DNA of 29,075 nucleotides from a virus. Taxonomy: Duplodnaviria; Caudoviricetes. This document shows, one piece after another, positions 7,418 through 16,917 of the stretch. The number at the start of each line of letters is the position of its first letter. The first letter of the stretch is position 1. The position numbers and the translations under genes are program-made. The DNA lies in the IMG/VR virus record IMGVR_UViG_3300029179_000024, positions 1-29,075 of that record; one strand, given 5' to 3'. The notes below the pieces were generated by a model that did no database searches, was not told where the DNA came from, and saw only the letters and a list, made by a program, of their open reading frames with translations.

Positions 7418-8371
7418 TTATTCTTCTACAATGCCTTCAACATCCTCTTGATCTTTTGCCACGAATTTCTTTCGAATCTGATAGAGCGGTAAATTCTCTT
7501 TCTCATTCCCATGACAGAGATCATACATTTGGCAACGTCCCCAATCACGAATGCACGCACTGAAATCTTGATAGTACGCTTCCTTTTTCGTCCCACAATC
7601 AATCATCTGTTGTGAGACCTTCTCAACTGTGTTCATCACTGCCTCACCGGAGATGAATGAACCCACAATCCGCTCAAGATGAAATTTCAACCCTTCTGAT
7701 TGGCTATGATACCAGTCTTGCAACCGTCGCAAATATTCTCCACGAGATTCTGATTTCTTCTGGCGAATCGACGGTTTCCGAATGATCTGATAAATGATCC
7801 CACCCAATCGCTCGGACTTCTTCACCGATCGATTATACGTCTCCAAATACAACGCCGATTGCGGATCGGTCTTGATGCCATTGACGCGCTCCATATCGAG
7901 CGACTTCAAGTTCTTCAACTCATAGATCCATTGGCGCTTCTGATTTTCAATCACATTATCGACCATTCCAACAATCACGACATTCTTACTCAACTCATAG
8001 CGAATGGCTTTCTCTGTCGCAATATGCTTCGTCCCCTCAAGAAACTTTCGATAGTATGATCGAAATGCTTGCAACATCCCCACTGTCACATACTCTTGTT
8101 TGGCCAAATCTTCTTCTTGATATGGCGCCATCTCAGGAAATTGCGTTCGCGCCTTCTGCGCTTCTTCCTTGTACTTTTTCTTAATCTCCTTCTCTGCGTT
8201 CTCAGGTTTTCTGAACAACGTCTGAATCCCATGATGCATGACACGTCCCACGATATATGGCACCTTCAACTCCGGCTTTTCAAGTCGTCGGATATACTTC
8301 CAATAGTAATATCGCGGGCACTTCCGAAATGCATTCATACTCGAATACGAGACAAACAATTGCTTTCCCAT
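7418..8371 (-). CDS. Cas4/RecB-like PD-(D/E)XK exonuclease
   Basis: SYSSM..F..CPR, GRVMH, GMVD...IYELK, QSALY and three C-terminal Cys (Fe-S pattern). Confidence 0.85.
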   Translation of the reverse strand: MGKQLFVSYSSMNAFRKCPRYYYWKYIRRLEKPELKVPYIVGRVMHHGIQTLFRKPENAEKEIKKKYKEEAQKARTQFPEMAPYQEEDLAKQEYVTVGMLQAFRSYYRKFLEGTKHIATEKAIRYELSKNVVIVGMVDNVIENQKRQWIYELKNLKSLDMERVNGIKTDPQSALYLETYNRSVKKSERLGGIIYQIIRKPSIRQKKSESRGEYLRRLQDWYHSQSEGLKFHLERIVGSFISGEAVMNTVEKVSQQMIDCGTKKEAYYQDFSACIRDWGRCQMYDLCHGNEKENLPLYQIRKKFVAKDQEDVEGIVEE

Positions 8372-8384
8372 TCATTCACCCTCC

Positions 8385-9821
8385 TTATTCTTCATGATCG
8401 TCATCATCATCATCATCATCATTGTCATCTTTTCCCTGTGTAATTGAGCGGAAATGTTCTTTGAGCTCTGTGATCAAGTTTCCTTTCTTGCGTAAGCAAT
8501 CGTACACTTTACTCTCTACCGCTGACTCTGTGACGAAGTCTGTATACAGAATCGACGCATGTCGTTCAGAACCTTTCCGTCTAATACGTGCTTCACTGTT
8601 CGCTCGTAAATCATACGACCATGTATTCGAATAATATATCGCATGGCGGCTGGCTGTCAGCGTCACTGATTCTGCTGCCTTCTTCTGCGTGGCCAGTAAG
8701 ATCTGATATTTCTTATCATATTGAAACCGTTTCACCACAAGATCTTCATCTTCTGTCGCACCTGTCAATGTGACGACCCCATAGCCTAGCTTTGTCAAAT
8801 ACCGATAAATCTTTTTGATCGAAAAGAGATGTGCAGCCCAAATCACAGTCTTATGGTATTTTGCATCCATCTCTTCGAGCAAATCAACCAATGCCTCATC
8901 TTTGTTTGTCGGAATCACTGCCAAATTCTCTTGCTCATCTTTCACATAGCCATCGCAGATCTCTAACGATTTTGTAATCAATGTGAAGATGTACTGCGTA
9001 TCGATCTTGACTTTATCCAATTCCAATCGAAACGTTGCCTTAAACGAATCCAACAACTCCTTCTGTTTCGCTGTCAACTCGATGTCAATCTTCTTGTACC
9101 TGGATGGCGGCAACTTCAATGCTTTATTTGTCACATGAACGCAGAACGTTGAAATCTTCCGCAACAACTCTCGCGTCTTCTTTTTCTTCGGCAACGTCTT
9201 CGTCCCCATCTTCACGAAGTATTCGTTGAGGAAGGCGTAGTACGATGTGCCAAGAATGTTTGTATGATCTAAAAACTTGATTTGCGCGTACAAATCTGAC
9301 AGGTTCTCTGTCACTGGAAACCCTGTCATGATGTAGCGTCGTGGAATCTTCTTCCCAATGTCCCACAGAATCATCGTTCGCTTCGTATGTGGCGACTTGA
9401 TCTTTGTCGACTCATCAAGAATGATCGCATCCCATGGGCATTTCACAATATCATGATAAATATTCTTGATCCCATCATAATTCACAAGGAACACTGTTGG
9501 TGTTTGGATCGGTCCATGATAGCGGCCCGTTTCACTGATCGCCTTCATCCCATGATAAAGGATTTGCCCCTTCTTTCGCCGTGACCCCACTAAGACTGCC
9601 CATCGAAAGTTCGTATGCTTCCGAATTTCTGACGGCCACACAGATTTCACGCTGAGCTTCGTTGAAACGACCAAGACCCGACGTAACTTCAAGGCATTGA
9701 TGATCATGAGTGCGCAGAGTGTTTTCCCTGTCCCATACTCTGCAAAGATCCCAGCATATGGTTTATCGACCACGAAATCCTTGATCATCACCTGATGATC
9801 CATTGGCTTTGTACGAATCAT
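8385..9821 (-). CDS. SNF2-family (SF2) helicase
   Basis: GTGKT, ILDESTKIK, MTGFP, motif VI SEARIRRKG. Confidence 0.9.
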   Translation of the reverse strand: MIRTKPMDHQVMIKDFVVDKPYAGIFAEYGTGKTLCALMIINALKLRRVLVVSTKLSVKSVWPSEIRKHTNFRWAVLVGSRRKKGQILYHGMKAISETGRYHGPIQTPTVFLVNYDGIKNIYHDIVKCPWDAIILDESTKIKSPHTKRTMILWDIGKKIPRRYIMTGFPVTENLSDLYAQIKFLDHTNILGTSYYAFLNEYFVKMGTKTLPKKKKTRELLRKISTFCVHVTNKALKLPPSRYKKIDIELTAKQKELLDSFKATFRLELDKVKIDTQYIFTLITKSLEICDGYVKDEQENLAVIPTNKDEALVDLLEEMDAKYHKTVIWAAHLFSIKKIYRYLTKLGYGVVTLTGATEDEDLVVKRFQYDKKYQILLATQKKAAESVTLTASRHAIYYSNTWSYDLRANSEARIRRKGSERHASILYTDFVTESAVESKVYDCLRKKGNLITELKEHFRSITQGKDDNDDDDDDDDHEE

Positions 9822-10012
9822 AGTTCTACGCCAATCTCCTCGATGCGGATGATCTGTTCTAATGGATACGTATAGACATACCGCATACCGTCTTTAATCA
9901 CAATGATATGACACACTCTCGATGCATGCGAAATTTCAACGTACTTCACGCGTTCATACGTATCACTTCCTCCATGTACTCGAATGACAGTGACCTTCGT
10001 ATTATAGCTCAT
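9818..10012 (-). CDS. Hypothetical protein (64 aa)
   Basis: RBS GAGGG before MSYNTK; ATGA coupling to the helicase. Confidence 0.6.
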   Translation of the reverse strand: MSYNTKVTVIRVHGGSDTYERVKYVEISHASRVCHIIVIKDGMRYVYTYPLEQIIRIEEIGVEL

Positions 10013-10022
10013 CTTGCCCTCA

Positions 10023-10313
10023 CTATTTTCGAATGCACCATTCGCCATCAAGCGGGTCTCGGTCGATCGATTTATCCATCACCAATCGTTGCCATGCTTC
10101 TCGGAGCACGACATCATTCTCTTTTGGATACAACCCACGAAATGTGGCTTCATCAAAGACAAATCGATTGGCACCAGTACAACGCCCTTTATAGTCCTCA
10201 ATCAACAGTTTTGCGTCCTTCACGATACTAAATACTTTCCTCATCACGTAGCCATAATACGCTGCAATCACCAAAAATATTGTCCCCACGATCGCAATGA
10301 ACCATTCAACCAT
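10023..10313 (-). CDS. Hypothetical membrane-anchored protein
   Basis: AAGGAGGT RBS; N-terminal hydrophobic helix WFIAIVGTIFLVIAAYYGYV. Confidence 0.7.
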   Translation of the reverse strand: MVEWFIAIVGTIFLVIAAYYGYVMRKVFSIVKDAKLLIEDYKGRCTGANRFVFDEATFRGLYPKENDVVLREAWQRLVMDKSIDRDPLDGEWCIRK

Positions 10314-10325
10314 ATGCACCTCCTT

Positions 10326-10838
10326 TCATACTCTCCCATAGAGTTGCCAATGCCCAATGCCAATGGCATCACACACGTTATGATCAAGATCTTTCCATTC
10401 ATCTTTCGTATAGTGTTTTCCTTTACCCATATACACTGATTCAATCCGATTCTTCATCACATCCTTCGACAACTGCCCCTTCCATTGCCGCGGCAATGCA
10501 AACACGAACTTCTCTACATCATTGCGCATCCCATAGAACAATCCGCAAATGAATGACAATTTTGTAATGGAGCCTGATTCTCGCGCCATATAGCCAGCGA
10601 CTGACCAATGATCTGGCAACTCACAGGCAATAACATTGACGCCGCACTCATCTCGAACCGTATTGACTTTGGTATAGATTGAAAACGCTTTATCGTAAAA
10701 TTCTCCATCTCTCGATGCAACTTTGTCTGGACGCACCAACATTGCATCCAAGAGTTCTTTCGTCTTGGCATCGAACAATGCAATCCCACAAAAATTAATC
10801 GACGGGTCGATCGCTAACAATGTCTTTGTTTTCTTCAC
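10326..10838 (-). CDS. RuvC-like Holliday junction resolvase
   Basis: LLAIDPS...GIA, ACELP, QWKG, HNVCDAIGIG; GTG start after GGAGGAGG. Confidence 0.8.
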   Translation of the reverse strand: MKKTKTLLAIDPSINFCGIALFDAKTKELLDAMLVRPDKVASRDGEFYDKAFSIYTKVNTVRDECGVNVIACELPDHWSVAGYMARESGSITKLSFICGLFYGMRNDVEKFVFALPRQWKGQLSKDVMKNRIESVYMGKGKHYTKDEWKDLDHNVCDAIGIGHWQLYGRV

Positions 10839-11298
10839 GCTTCGCCTCCTCCTCTTTCTTCCGTTGCAATTCAAAGAACCGTTTCAAAAAGACTTCATGC
10901 CGTAACTTCAAAATCTCTATCACTAACAAATCATCCGGTGCGACCCACCCTTCTGGCTTCACCACATCAATGGTTGTTCCCCGCTTTGATTCCGCCACTG
11001 TCTTTGCGCGTTCTTTTCGCATGTTCGCATCTTGCACATGCTGCCATCCCACATTCCATGGGAGGTTCATCATGTACGCAGTACCTAACGCGACATACAC
11101 AAGATCGATCAACGCATCGAATGCTTTATAGACGTTATCTGTCATATATGCGTCAACAAACTCTTCAACCTCTTCTTTTAAAAACTCAACCCGAAACTGC
11201 ATCATATCTTTCGGCAGAAAACTTGACATCTCCGTCTGTGGAATGTCAAATTTCTCATGAAAGTGACACACATCAGCCCACATATCACAGTTTTCCAT
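10795..11298 (-). CDS. MazG-like all-alpha NTP pyrophosphohydrolase (dUTPase/dCTPase-like)
   Basis: FHEKF, LKEEVEEF, DALIDLVYVALG, V..ANM.K, KPEGWVAP; RBS GAGGTGA. Confidence 0.85.
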   Translation of the reverse strand: MENCDMWADVCHFHEKFDIPQTEMSSFLPKDMMQFRVEFLKEEVEEFVDAYMTDNVYKAFDALIDLVYVALGTAYMMNLPWNVGWQHVQDANMRKERAKTVAESKRGTTIDVVKPEGWVAPDDLLVIEILKLRHEVFLKRFFELQRKKEEEAKREENKDIVSDRPVD

Positions 11299-11329
11299 TG
11301 GGATCACCTCTACTATGAATTGTGAATAA

Positions 11330-13138
11330 TTACACTGCGACTTGCAACCGGCGAGGGTATTCGTGCTTAACCTTCTTCCACTCTTCGACTGATCCCCAAT
11401 TTTTCTTGGAGACTTTTGGTTCAACACGTAGCGGGATTTTTAATGAGACATGATCCTCCATTGCACCACAAATTTCCTTCACCACTCGATGCGCTGGCTC
11501 CTTCTCCGATACTTCAAACAACAACTCATCATGTACTTGTGCGAGTAAGTTCACATCCATGCCTTTCTGTGAGATCATCCGACTGACTCGCAGCATCGCA
11601 TACTTCATCACGTACGCTTCCGTCCCTTGAATGAGCACGTTCGGTCCTTTGTACGCCAGCTCTTGTGGAACACGATACTCTCGATTGAACTCCATCAACG
11701 GTGACTCGAACTTTAACTCAAGGATCCCAGTCCGATGGAGCTGTGAGATACATTCTCGCGTAAACTCTTTCACTGGCACGATGCTATAGTATTTCTCAAG
11801 GATCTGACTCGCTTCCAATCGTGACATATCTGCTTTCGCCTTACTATTTTGGAGTGACCGCAAGAGCTTGTTGAGCCCCATTCCAAACACGAGACCAAAC
11901 TGAATGTTCTTCGTATCTTTCCGCAGCTCCTTCTCAACGACCCCGAACAGCATCATGCAGGCGGCATCATGCGGATCCCATCCATCCCGACATTTTTGAA
12001 TCAATGTCGTCGCATTGGCAAAATGAAAGAAGATCATCATTTGTAATGCTTTATAATCGACCGCGAGCATGAAGTACCCGGGCCGAGGACGGAATGCCAT
12101 GCGGGCCAGCTTCGGTGCTTTCGCTGTGCGAGATTCGTCAGGTCGTGGGATCGTCTGGATCAACTCCGCTGACATGCGGCCAGTTCTCGCTCCCGAGCCG
12201 AATGTAAAGAAATGTGCATACGGGAATTCTTTTGTCGTATACCGTCGCCACAACGGATCGAAATATGTGCCTTTCTGTTTTGTCAAGAACCGATACAGCA
12301 ACTGCAACGCCACAATCTTGTGGGAATCGTATTGTGCGAGTACTTTGGCTTCAGTAATGGGATGGCCCCGTTCATTCTCTGGAAGTGGGACGCCCATCTT
12401 CTTCATCACATATGCGACCTGCTTCGGTGACGATGGATTGAACTCCGGCAGCTTGATCCCATTCTGCTTCAAGACTGCTTGGATGTCAGCATAGCAGGTC
12501 TCAGCTTCTTTCCCATAGCGTGCCGCTTGCTGTCGTGCAAACTTCCGATCCACCATCATCCCAATTGCTTGCATCTTTAGGATGACACGAGCGACCTTCT
12601 TCTCTGTCTCATAAATCCGTTGAAAGCGTTTGATCGGCTCACGAAACAAGAACCACAATTTCTGCGTGAACACCGCATCTTCTGTCGCATACGGTTTCAT
12701 GACAAACCGAGGGATTTGTGAGTAATCAAACTCAATCCCCAACTTCTTCGCTTTCTTCTTGTACTTGGCTTTGTATTTCGAGAGCTTCTTCGCTTCTTTG
12801 ATATCCGCTTTGAGATACTTCTTTGCCATTGGCTTCAAACCTTTGCGTGAGGCAAAGTTCTCATCCAACAACGTACCCGCAATGAGCGGATCTTCAAATG
12901 GTCCACGACAACGAATGTTCAGATGTTTGACGACGTGTGCGTCAACGGTGTATGGGAATGCAATCTTCGTGATGGTTGGATCTTCTAGCAGTTGGCGAAG
13001 TTTCGCGACCTCCTTTGGTTTATGACAATTGTACAGTTCCGTCTGAAGCTGCCAATCACATGTGGTTGCGATGAATGGTTCTTTGCGATTGTTGAACTCT
13101 GTATCGAAGGCTACGCAACGATCAGGATCGTTTGCCAT
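11330..13138 (-). CDS. polA: Family A DNA polymerase with 3'-5' exonuclease domain
   Basis: ExoI AFDTE, ExoIII YATEDA, FNPSSPKQV, TGRMS, motif A DYKALQ, motif B RKDTKNIQFGLVFG, IQGT, motif C VHDEL. Confidence 0.93.
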   Translation of the reverse strand: MANDPDRCVAFDTEFNNRKEPFIATTCDWQLQTELYNCHKPKEVAKLRQLLEDPTITKIAFPYTVDAHVVKHLNIRCRGPFEDPLIAGTLLDENFASRKGLKPMAKKYLKADIKEAKKLSKYKAKYKKKAKKLGIEFDYSQIPRFVMKPYATEDAVFTQKLWFLFREPIKRFQRIYETEKKVARVILKMQAIGMMVDRKFARQQAARYGKEAETCYADIQAVLKQNGIKLPEFNPSSPKQVAYVMKKMGVPLPENERGHPITEAKVLAQYDSHKIVALQLLYRFLTKQKGTYFDPLWRRYTTKEFPYAHFFTFGSGARTGRMSAELIQTIPRPDESRTAKAPKLARMAFRPRPGYFMLAVDYKALQMMIFFHFANATTLIQKCRDGWDPHDAACMMLFGVVEKELRKDTKNIQFGLVFGMGLNKLLRSLQNSKAKADMSRLEASQILEKYYSIVPVKEFTRECISQLHRTGILELKFESPLMEFNREYRVPQELAYKGPNVLIQGTEAYVMKYAMLRVSRMISQKGMDVNLLAQVHDELLFEVSEKEPAHRVVKEICGAMEDHVSLKIPLRVEPKVSKKNWGSVEEWKKVKHEYPRRLQVAV

Positions 13139-13148
13139 CTCGTCTTAA

Positions 13149-13301
13149 TTATCCTCCATGATCAATGATCCCTTGTCGATCCATCTCATTATAGCAGCGC
13201 CGACAAACTGCTATCTTATTCAACAGCTTCATTTTCACCCACTGCAAGATGCTCACTTTTGTTTCGAACATTCCGCATGCAATGCACGTGACTTTAAGCA
13301 T
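13149..13301 (-). CDS. Small Zn-ribbon protein (50 aa)
   Basis: Read manually: MLKVTCIACGMF...AVCRRCYNEM; fills the gap between the deaminase and PolA. Confidence 0.6.
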   Translation of the reverse strand: MLKVTCIACGMFETKVSILQWVKMKLLNKIAVCRRCYNEMDRQGIIDHGG

Positions 13302-13779
13302 AGGTCACTCTCCGTAACTCCATCGCGTCTTCTCGAACAAAAAAGAAATCTTCATTCAATTGTTGTAAATACTGCTCCCGCCAATCATCTTTGTAGTCAT
13401 GCAAATAATAGATCTTCCGTACTCCAATCTGCAATAAGACCTTCAAACAATCGAGGCATGGTTGATACGTCGAATAGCACTCGATCCATCCCGTTTCTTT
13501 TGATCCACGCACTTGACATTTGAGGACCGCATTGATTTCCGCATGGATGGTGCGAATGCACGTCGTGCCCGTTGTCGTTGACCCTTTCCGATCCGTCTTC
13601 ACGAGCACATGATCGCTCTCATTGCAATGATAATCATTATGCACACTGCCCACATAGCCATGCCCAACAATCTGGCGTTGATGCACAAGGATGCACCCAA
13701 CTTTTGCCCGACACGTCGAGGCTTCCGCAATTTGCTCCGCGATCTTCATCCAAAATTGCCGTGTGATCTTTAGGTTCAT
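13294..13779 (-). CDS. dCMP deaminase (Zn-dependent, ComEB/DCTD type)
   Basis: STC..KVGCILV, GYVG, HAEINAV, QPCLDC, GVRKIYY. Confidence 0.88.
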   Translation of the reverse strand: MNLKITRQFWMKIAEQIAEASTCRAKVGCILVHQRQIVGHGYVGSVHNDYHCNESDHVLVKTDRKGSTTTGTTCIRTIHAEINAVLKCQVRGSKETGWIECYSTYQPCLDCLKVLLQIGVRKIYYLHDYKDDWREQYLQQLNEDFFFVREDAMELRRVTYA

Positions 13780-13780
13780 A

Positions 13781-13975
13781 TTATTCGATGTCTTTCCGCG
13801 TAAAAAAGAGATACGCTTTTCCAACATCATATTCTACACAGGCACCATGTAATGTGAGATCTGGCGCCATACCAAGTTTCGCACCGAACGTATACTTATA
13901 GTAACCTGCAAGGCCAACTGATTCTTTCGAGAGACAGACATATCGTCGACTAAAGTTTGTGCCAGTAATCATCAA
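13781..13975 (-). CDS. Hypothetical protein (64 aa)
   Basis: GAGGAGG RBS; tiles with neighbours. Confidence 0.6.
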   Translation of the reverse strand: MMITGTNFSRRYVCLSKESVGLAGYYKYTFGAKLGMAPDLTLHGACVEYDVGKAYLFFTRKDIE

Positions 13976-13982
13976 CGCCTCC

Positions 13983-14267
13983 TCAACATGGTATTGGATT
14001 CATGCGTTCACCATCAGTATCTTTATATTTGATCCACCGCCCAGGTGGGTCGCCTTCTCCATTCCATTTCGAACAATCTTCTAACGCCTCTCGTAACGTT
14101 GCATAATGATACACGCCCGTAAAGCCAACATGCTGCATGCCTATACATAATCCATACGTAAACAGATACGGTGCCACCCCGATCCATTGCTTATTTGGCA
14201 GCTTCCGAAGGTCCCGGTACCCCAGCGCTACCATACTGTGAACGAACTCCTTGTCTTTCTTGGTCAT
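13983..14267 (-). CDS. Hypothetical protein (94 aa)
   Basis: RBS GAGGT before MTKKDK; W.GEGDPPG.WIK C-terminus. Confidence 0.65.
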   Translation of the reverse strand: MTKKDKEFVHSMVALGYRDLRKLPNKQWIGVAPYLFTYGLCIGMQHVGFTGVYHYATLREALEDCSKWNGEGDPPGRWIKYKDTDGERMNPIPC

Positions 14268-14436
14268 GCGATACCTCTTTACTTTTATCTGACATCGTTG
14301 CGCCAATGACCACCCACCAGATACCTGTTGCAAACAATCCCAACCCAGGATGCATCCACCACATGCCCACTGTCATACACACGAATCCAAACAATGCCGC
14401 GATTTCTCCCCAGTTGATATCCATCTTCTTCATCAT
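14191..14436 (-). CDS. Small membrane protein (two hydrophobic segments)
   Basis: IAALFGFVCMTVGMWW and LGLFATGIWWVVIGA; ATGA coupling to the upstream gene. Confidence 0.6.
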   Translation of the reverse strand: MMKKMDINWGEIAALFGFVCMTVGMWWMHPGLGLFATGIWWVVIGATMSDKSKEVSHDQERQGVRSQYGSAGVPGPSEAAK

Positions 14437-15428
14437 CTCCCAACCTCCTGGACAATGTTATTCACGGTATCGACCACATGCGACCATGATGGCGTCACTC
14501 TCAGAATCTGTTTTTGCTGATGTGCTGCAAGTTCTTGCAACGCCTTCGCTGACATCTCCTCTATGTCCTCAATGTTCACATGCATGAGTGTCGCCAACTC
14601 TCCCCATTCTTTCTGCTCAGCGTACATTACATTCTGCGCAATCATACCATGACAATAGCGTGCCCGCCACCAACCGCTCCCAGACGCTGAGTATTTTGGC
14701 AGCAACATCCCATGTGATTCAGCATATCGCTGCACGAGCTCATGTTCAGGAATGAAATTCTTTTTCGTATACCATTGAATTGGCCATGTTGCGCCCAACC
14801 GACTATGCCATTTCTCATAATTATCCAATGCACCATACATCCACTGAAACTTCTTTCGTTTAGGAATTGCGATCGGTAGCTTCTTCCATTGTTTCAAATA
14901 AAACGCTGTCGGATTGAACTCATTGAGTGATGTGAATGGTGTTCCTTTAATGATAATATCGCGATCACCCCACGGGAAGAATGGCCCTAACAGGTTGGAC
15001 GTATGACGGAACATTTCATTACGACAGCGTTCGAGTTGCCGACGATCTTTCATCACTCGTTCTTTCGATAATCGACTGCCAGTATTATTGTTCAATACAA
15101 ACTCACGGAAGAGGTTTTCATCCATCAACATACGAATGGTCTTATTTGCTTTCCAATCGTTCACTAAGTAGAGCACATGCTCCCCTTGTGATGCCAACAA
15201 CGTCTCATAGAGGTAATGACAGCTGTACTCACTGATCGTGCCCAACCCAAGAATGAGCAAATCAAACTGCTTGAAGATCTCTTGCTCATTATATTCCAAT
15301 GCTCTCCACTCGACATCATGCTTCGCCGCCTTTAACGCATGATAGAGCGCATTGATCGACGTATTATAGTCTCGTCGTCGAGAGCCATTGGCTTGCATGC
15401 GTGTCATCCCCGTCAACAATACTCTCAT
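14433..15428 (-). CDS. GT-B fold DNA glycosyltransferase, T4 beta-glucosyltransferase-like
   Basis: Pattern match to T4 BGT recalled from memory: FDLLILG~YDRLIVV, VLYLVNDWK~IYYLFTDIR (catalytic Asp), IPEHELVQRY~IPMNMVSEKN, WRARY~TLRVW. Confidence 0.65.
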   Translation of the reverse strand: MRVLLTGMTRMQANGSRRRDYNTSINALYHALKAAKHDVEWRALEYNEQEIFKQFDLLILGLGTISEYSCHYLYETLLASQGEHVLYLVNDWKANKTIRMLMDENLFREFVLNNNTGSRLSKERVMKDRRQLERCRNEMFRHTSNLLGPFFPWGDRDIIIKGTPFTSLNEFNPTAFYLKQWKKLPIAIPKRKKFQWMYGALDNYEKWHSRLGATWPIQWYTKKNFIPEHELVQRYAESHGMLLPKYSASGSGWWRARYCHGMIAQNVMYAEQKEWGELATLMHVNIEDIEEMSAKALQELAAHQQKQILRVTPSWSHVVDTVNNIVQEVGR

Positions 15429-16021
15429 TTCGTTCCCTTTCTCATCATATGCACACTTAACCGCGACTTATCCAGTTGCGACTCCATCGAGAAATCGGTA
15501 ATGCTTCCAGGTTTGAGTCGCCGAATCTTCGCCTCATCCGTTAACCATTTCACCAGCATTTTGAGATTGCCAACCATGCGTGTCAACATATCTCGCTTGC
15601 GATAGACAGCCACCATATTCAGCGTATGTTTGACGCGTTTGAATCTGACCAACACAAGGCATGGATTATGCTCCCCAAAATTGTCGCCATCAAACGATGG
15701 GTCCCACATACAGATGAGCTTGTTCGGTTGCACACGATGCTCATCAAACTGATGGTACCCAAAATACTTCACCGCTCGATGCATATACCCAAAATCTTTC
15801 CGCTTTCCATTGTTGCCGTATCGGCGAAGCTTCTCCTCTGTATACGAACGAATGGTATCCTTATGATGCCATGGATACTGGACTTCATGCCACTCCATCA
15901 ACGATTTCGTCAAATGGAATGGCTGAAACTCTAGCACGACACTCTCGCCAGGTATCACGAGCTCAAGTGCTTGCATGAATTTTCCGGGACTCTGGAGACA
16001 ACTCGCTGGTAACACCCGCAT
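15425..16021 (-). CDS. Truncated, divergent thymidylate-synthase-fold protein
   Basis: GY..R, MWDP, NPCLVLVRF, LNMVAVYRKRD, GNL, KPGSITDFS; lacks the H-x-Y motif. Confidence 0.7.
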   Translation of the reverse strand: MRVLPASCLQSPGKFMQALELVIPGESVVLEFQPFHLTKSLMEWHEVQYPWHHKDTIRSYTEEKLRRYGNNGKRKDFGYMHRAVKYFGYHQFDEHRVQPNKLICMWDPSFDGDNFGEHNPCLVLVRFKRVKHTLNMVAVYRKRDMLTRMVGNLKMLVKWLTDEAKIRRLKPGSITDFSMESQLDKSRLSVHMMRKGTK

Positions 16022-16024
16022 ACG

Positions 16025-16906
16025 TTACCTCATAATCTTGTTGCGATGCGTCACGAACAACTCTTCCATTGCCATAACCTTATGCATCGAAATCGTATCG
16101 AGACATAGCACGTTCCCCAATTCTACCGTCGACAATCCCCCTCTAAACATCTGCTTCGCTCGCATCATCGCATCTCGTAACGTTAATGTCTTGAACTCGA
16201 TGAAGTGCTCACTCTGTTCTTCCTCTGTCTTGACTAATCCCCAGTCGTGCACTTCCTCAACATCACTCTCATAGATGTGCAATGAGCTGATGTTATACAC
16301 GATCTCAATGGCGTCAATCTCCATCCCCGCATCGACCAGCTGGTTCTTCATTAAGATCGCCAGTGCTTGCCAATGCAATGCATCAATCGAGTATCCCGTC
16401 ACAAAATCCGATGATCGCGACGTCACAATCAAAAACAACTTCCGGTTCCGATACATGAACTGCAACAACGTATTACACGGCAAATGTGTGCGGGTTGTCG
16501 TTTTGCCATCATCTTCATTATATATTGACACGCACGCCTGGCGCGTATGGATATCCCGTAGGATCCTGTCGATGGCGACAGCCAGCTGGTGTTGCATCCG
16601 ATAGCCATAAGCCCCATTGATCTTTCCATCAGCATCAACATAATGTTTCATCGCGGCATTATAGCTCACAATACTCTCTGCATCATTCCGCCCCGACAAC
16701 ATGTAGCATAACTCTGCCAGCACAAACTTGATTGGGACCACTCGATGATGCGGACACGAAAAGACTGACACTGAATTGAATTCAATGTCGATACATGACT
16801 GATCAGCAATCATCTCATACGCCACTGGCATCTCACGACATTCAATGTCAACTGGTGATGCCAACACGATCCGCGTCATATGCGGATACAACTCTGCAAA
16901 TCTCAT
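16025..16906 (-). CDS. dCMP hydroxymethylase-like thymidylate-synthase-fold enzyme
   Basis: AEL..MLSG, GAYGYR, TRQA, LPCNTLLQF, RSSDFVTGYSID (Asp at the dUMP/dCMP specificity position, as in T4 gp42), SLHIYE. Confidence 0.85.
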   Translation of the reverse strand: MRFAELYPHMTRIVLASPVDIECREMPVAYEMIADQSCIDIEFNSVSVFSCPHHRVVPIKFVLAELCYMLSGRNDAESIVSYNAAMKHYVDADGKINGAYGYRMQHQLAVAIDRILRDIHTRQACVSIYNEDDGKTTTRTHLPCNTLLQFMYRNRKLFLIVTSRSSDFVTGYSIDALHWQALAILMKNQLVDAGMEIDAIEIVYNISSLHIYESDVEEVHDWGLVKTEEEQSEHFIEFKTLTLRDAMMRAKQMFRGGLSTVELGNVLCLDTISMHKVMAMEELFVTHRNKIMR

Positions 16907-16917
16907 GCATCCCTCCC

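Noticed and set aside
7418-8371. Cas4-like nuclease as part of a CRISPR system
   Set aside because: No repeat-spacer array or other cas genes seen; the context is the common phage exonuclease-Sak4-SSB recombination module
11330-13138. DpoZ / Z-genome (2-aminoadenine) or 7-deazaguanine system
   Set aside because: No PurZ, DatZ, or FolE/QueD/QueE/QueC/DpdA-like genes recognised; the neighbouring enzymes point to pyrimidine chemistry
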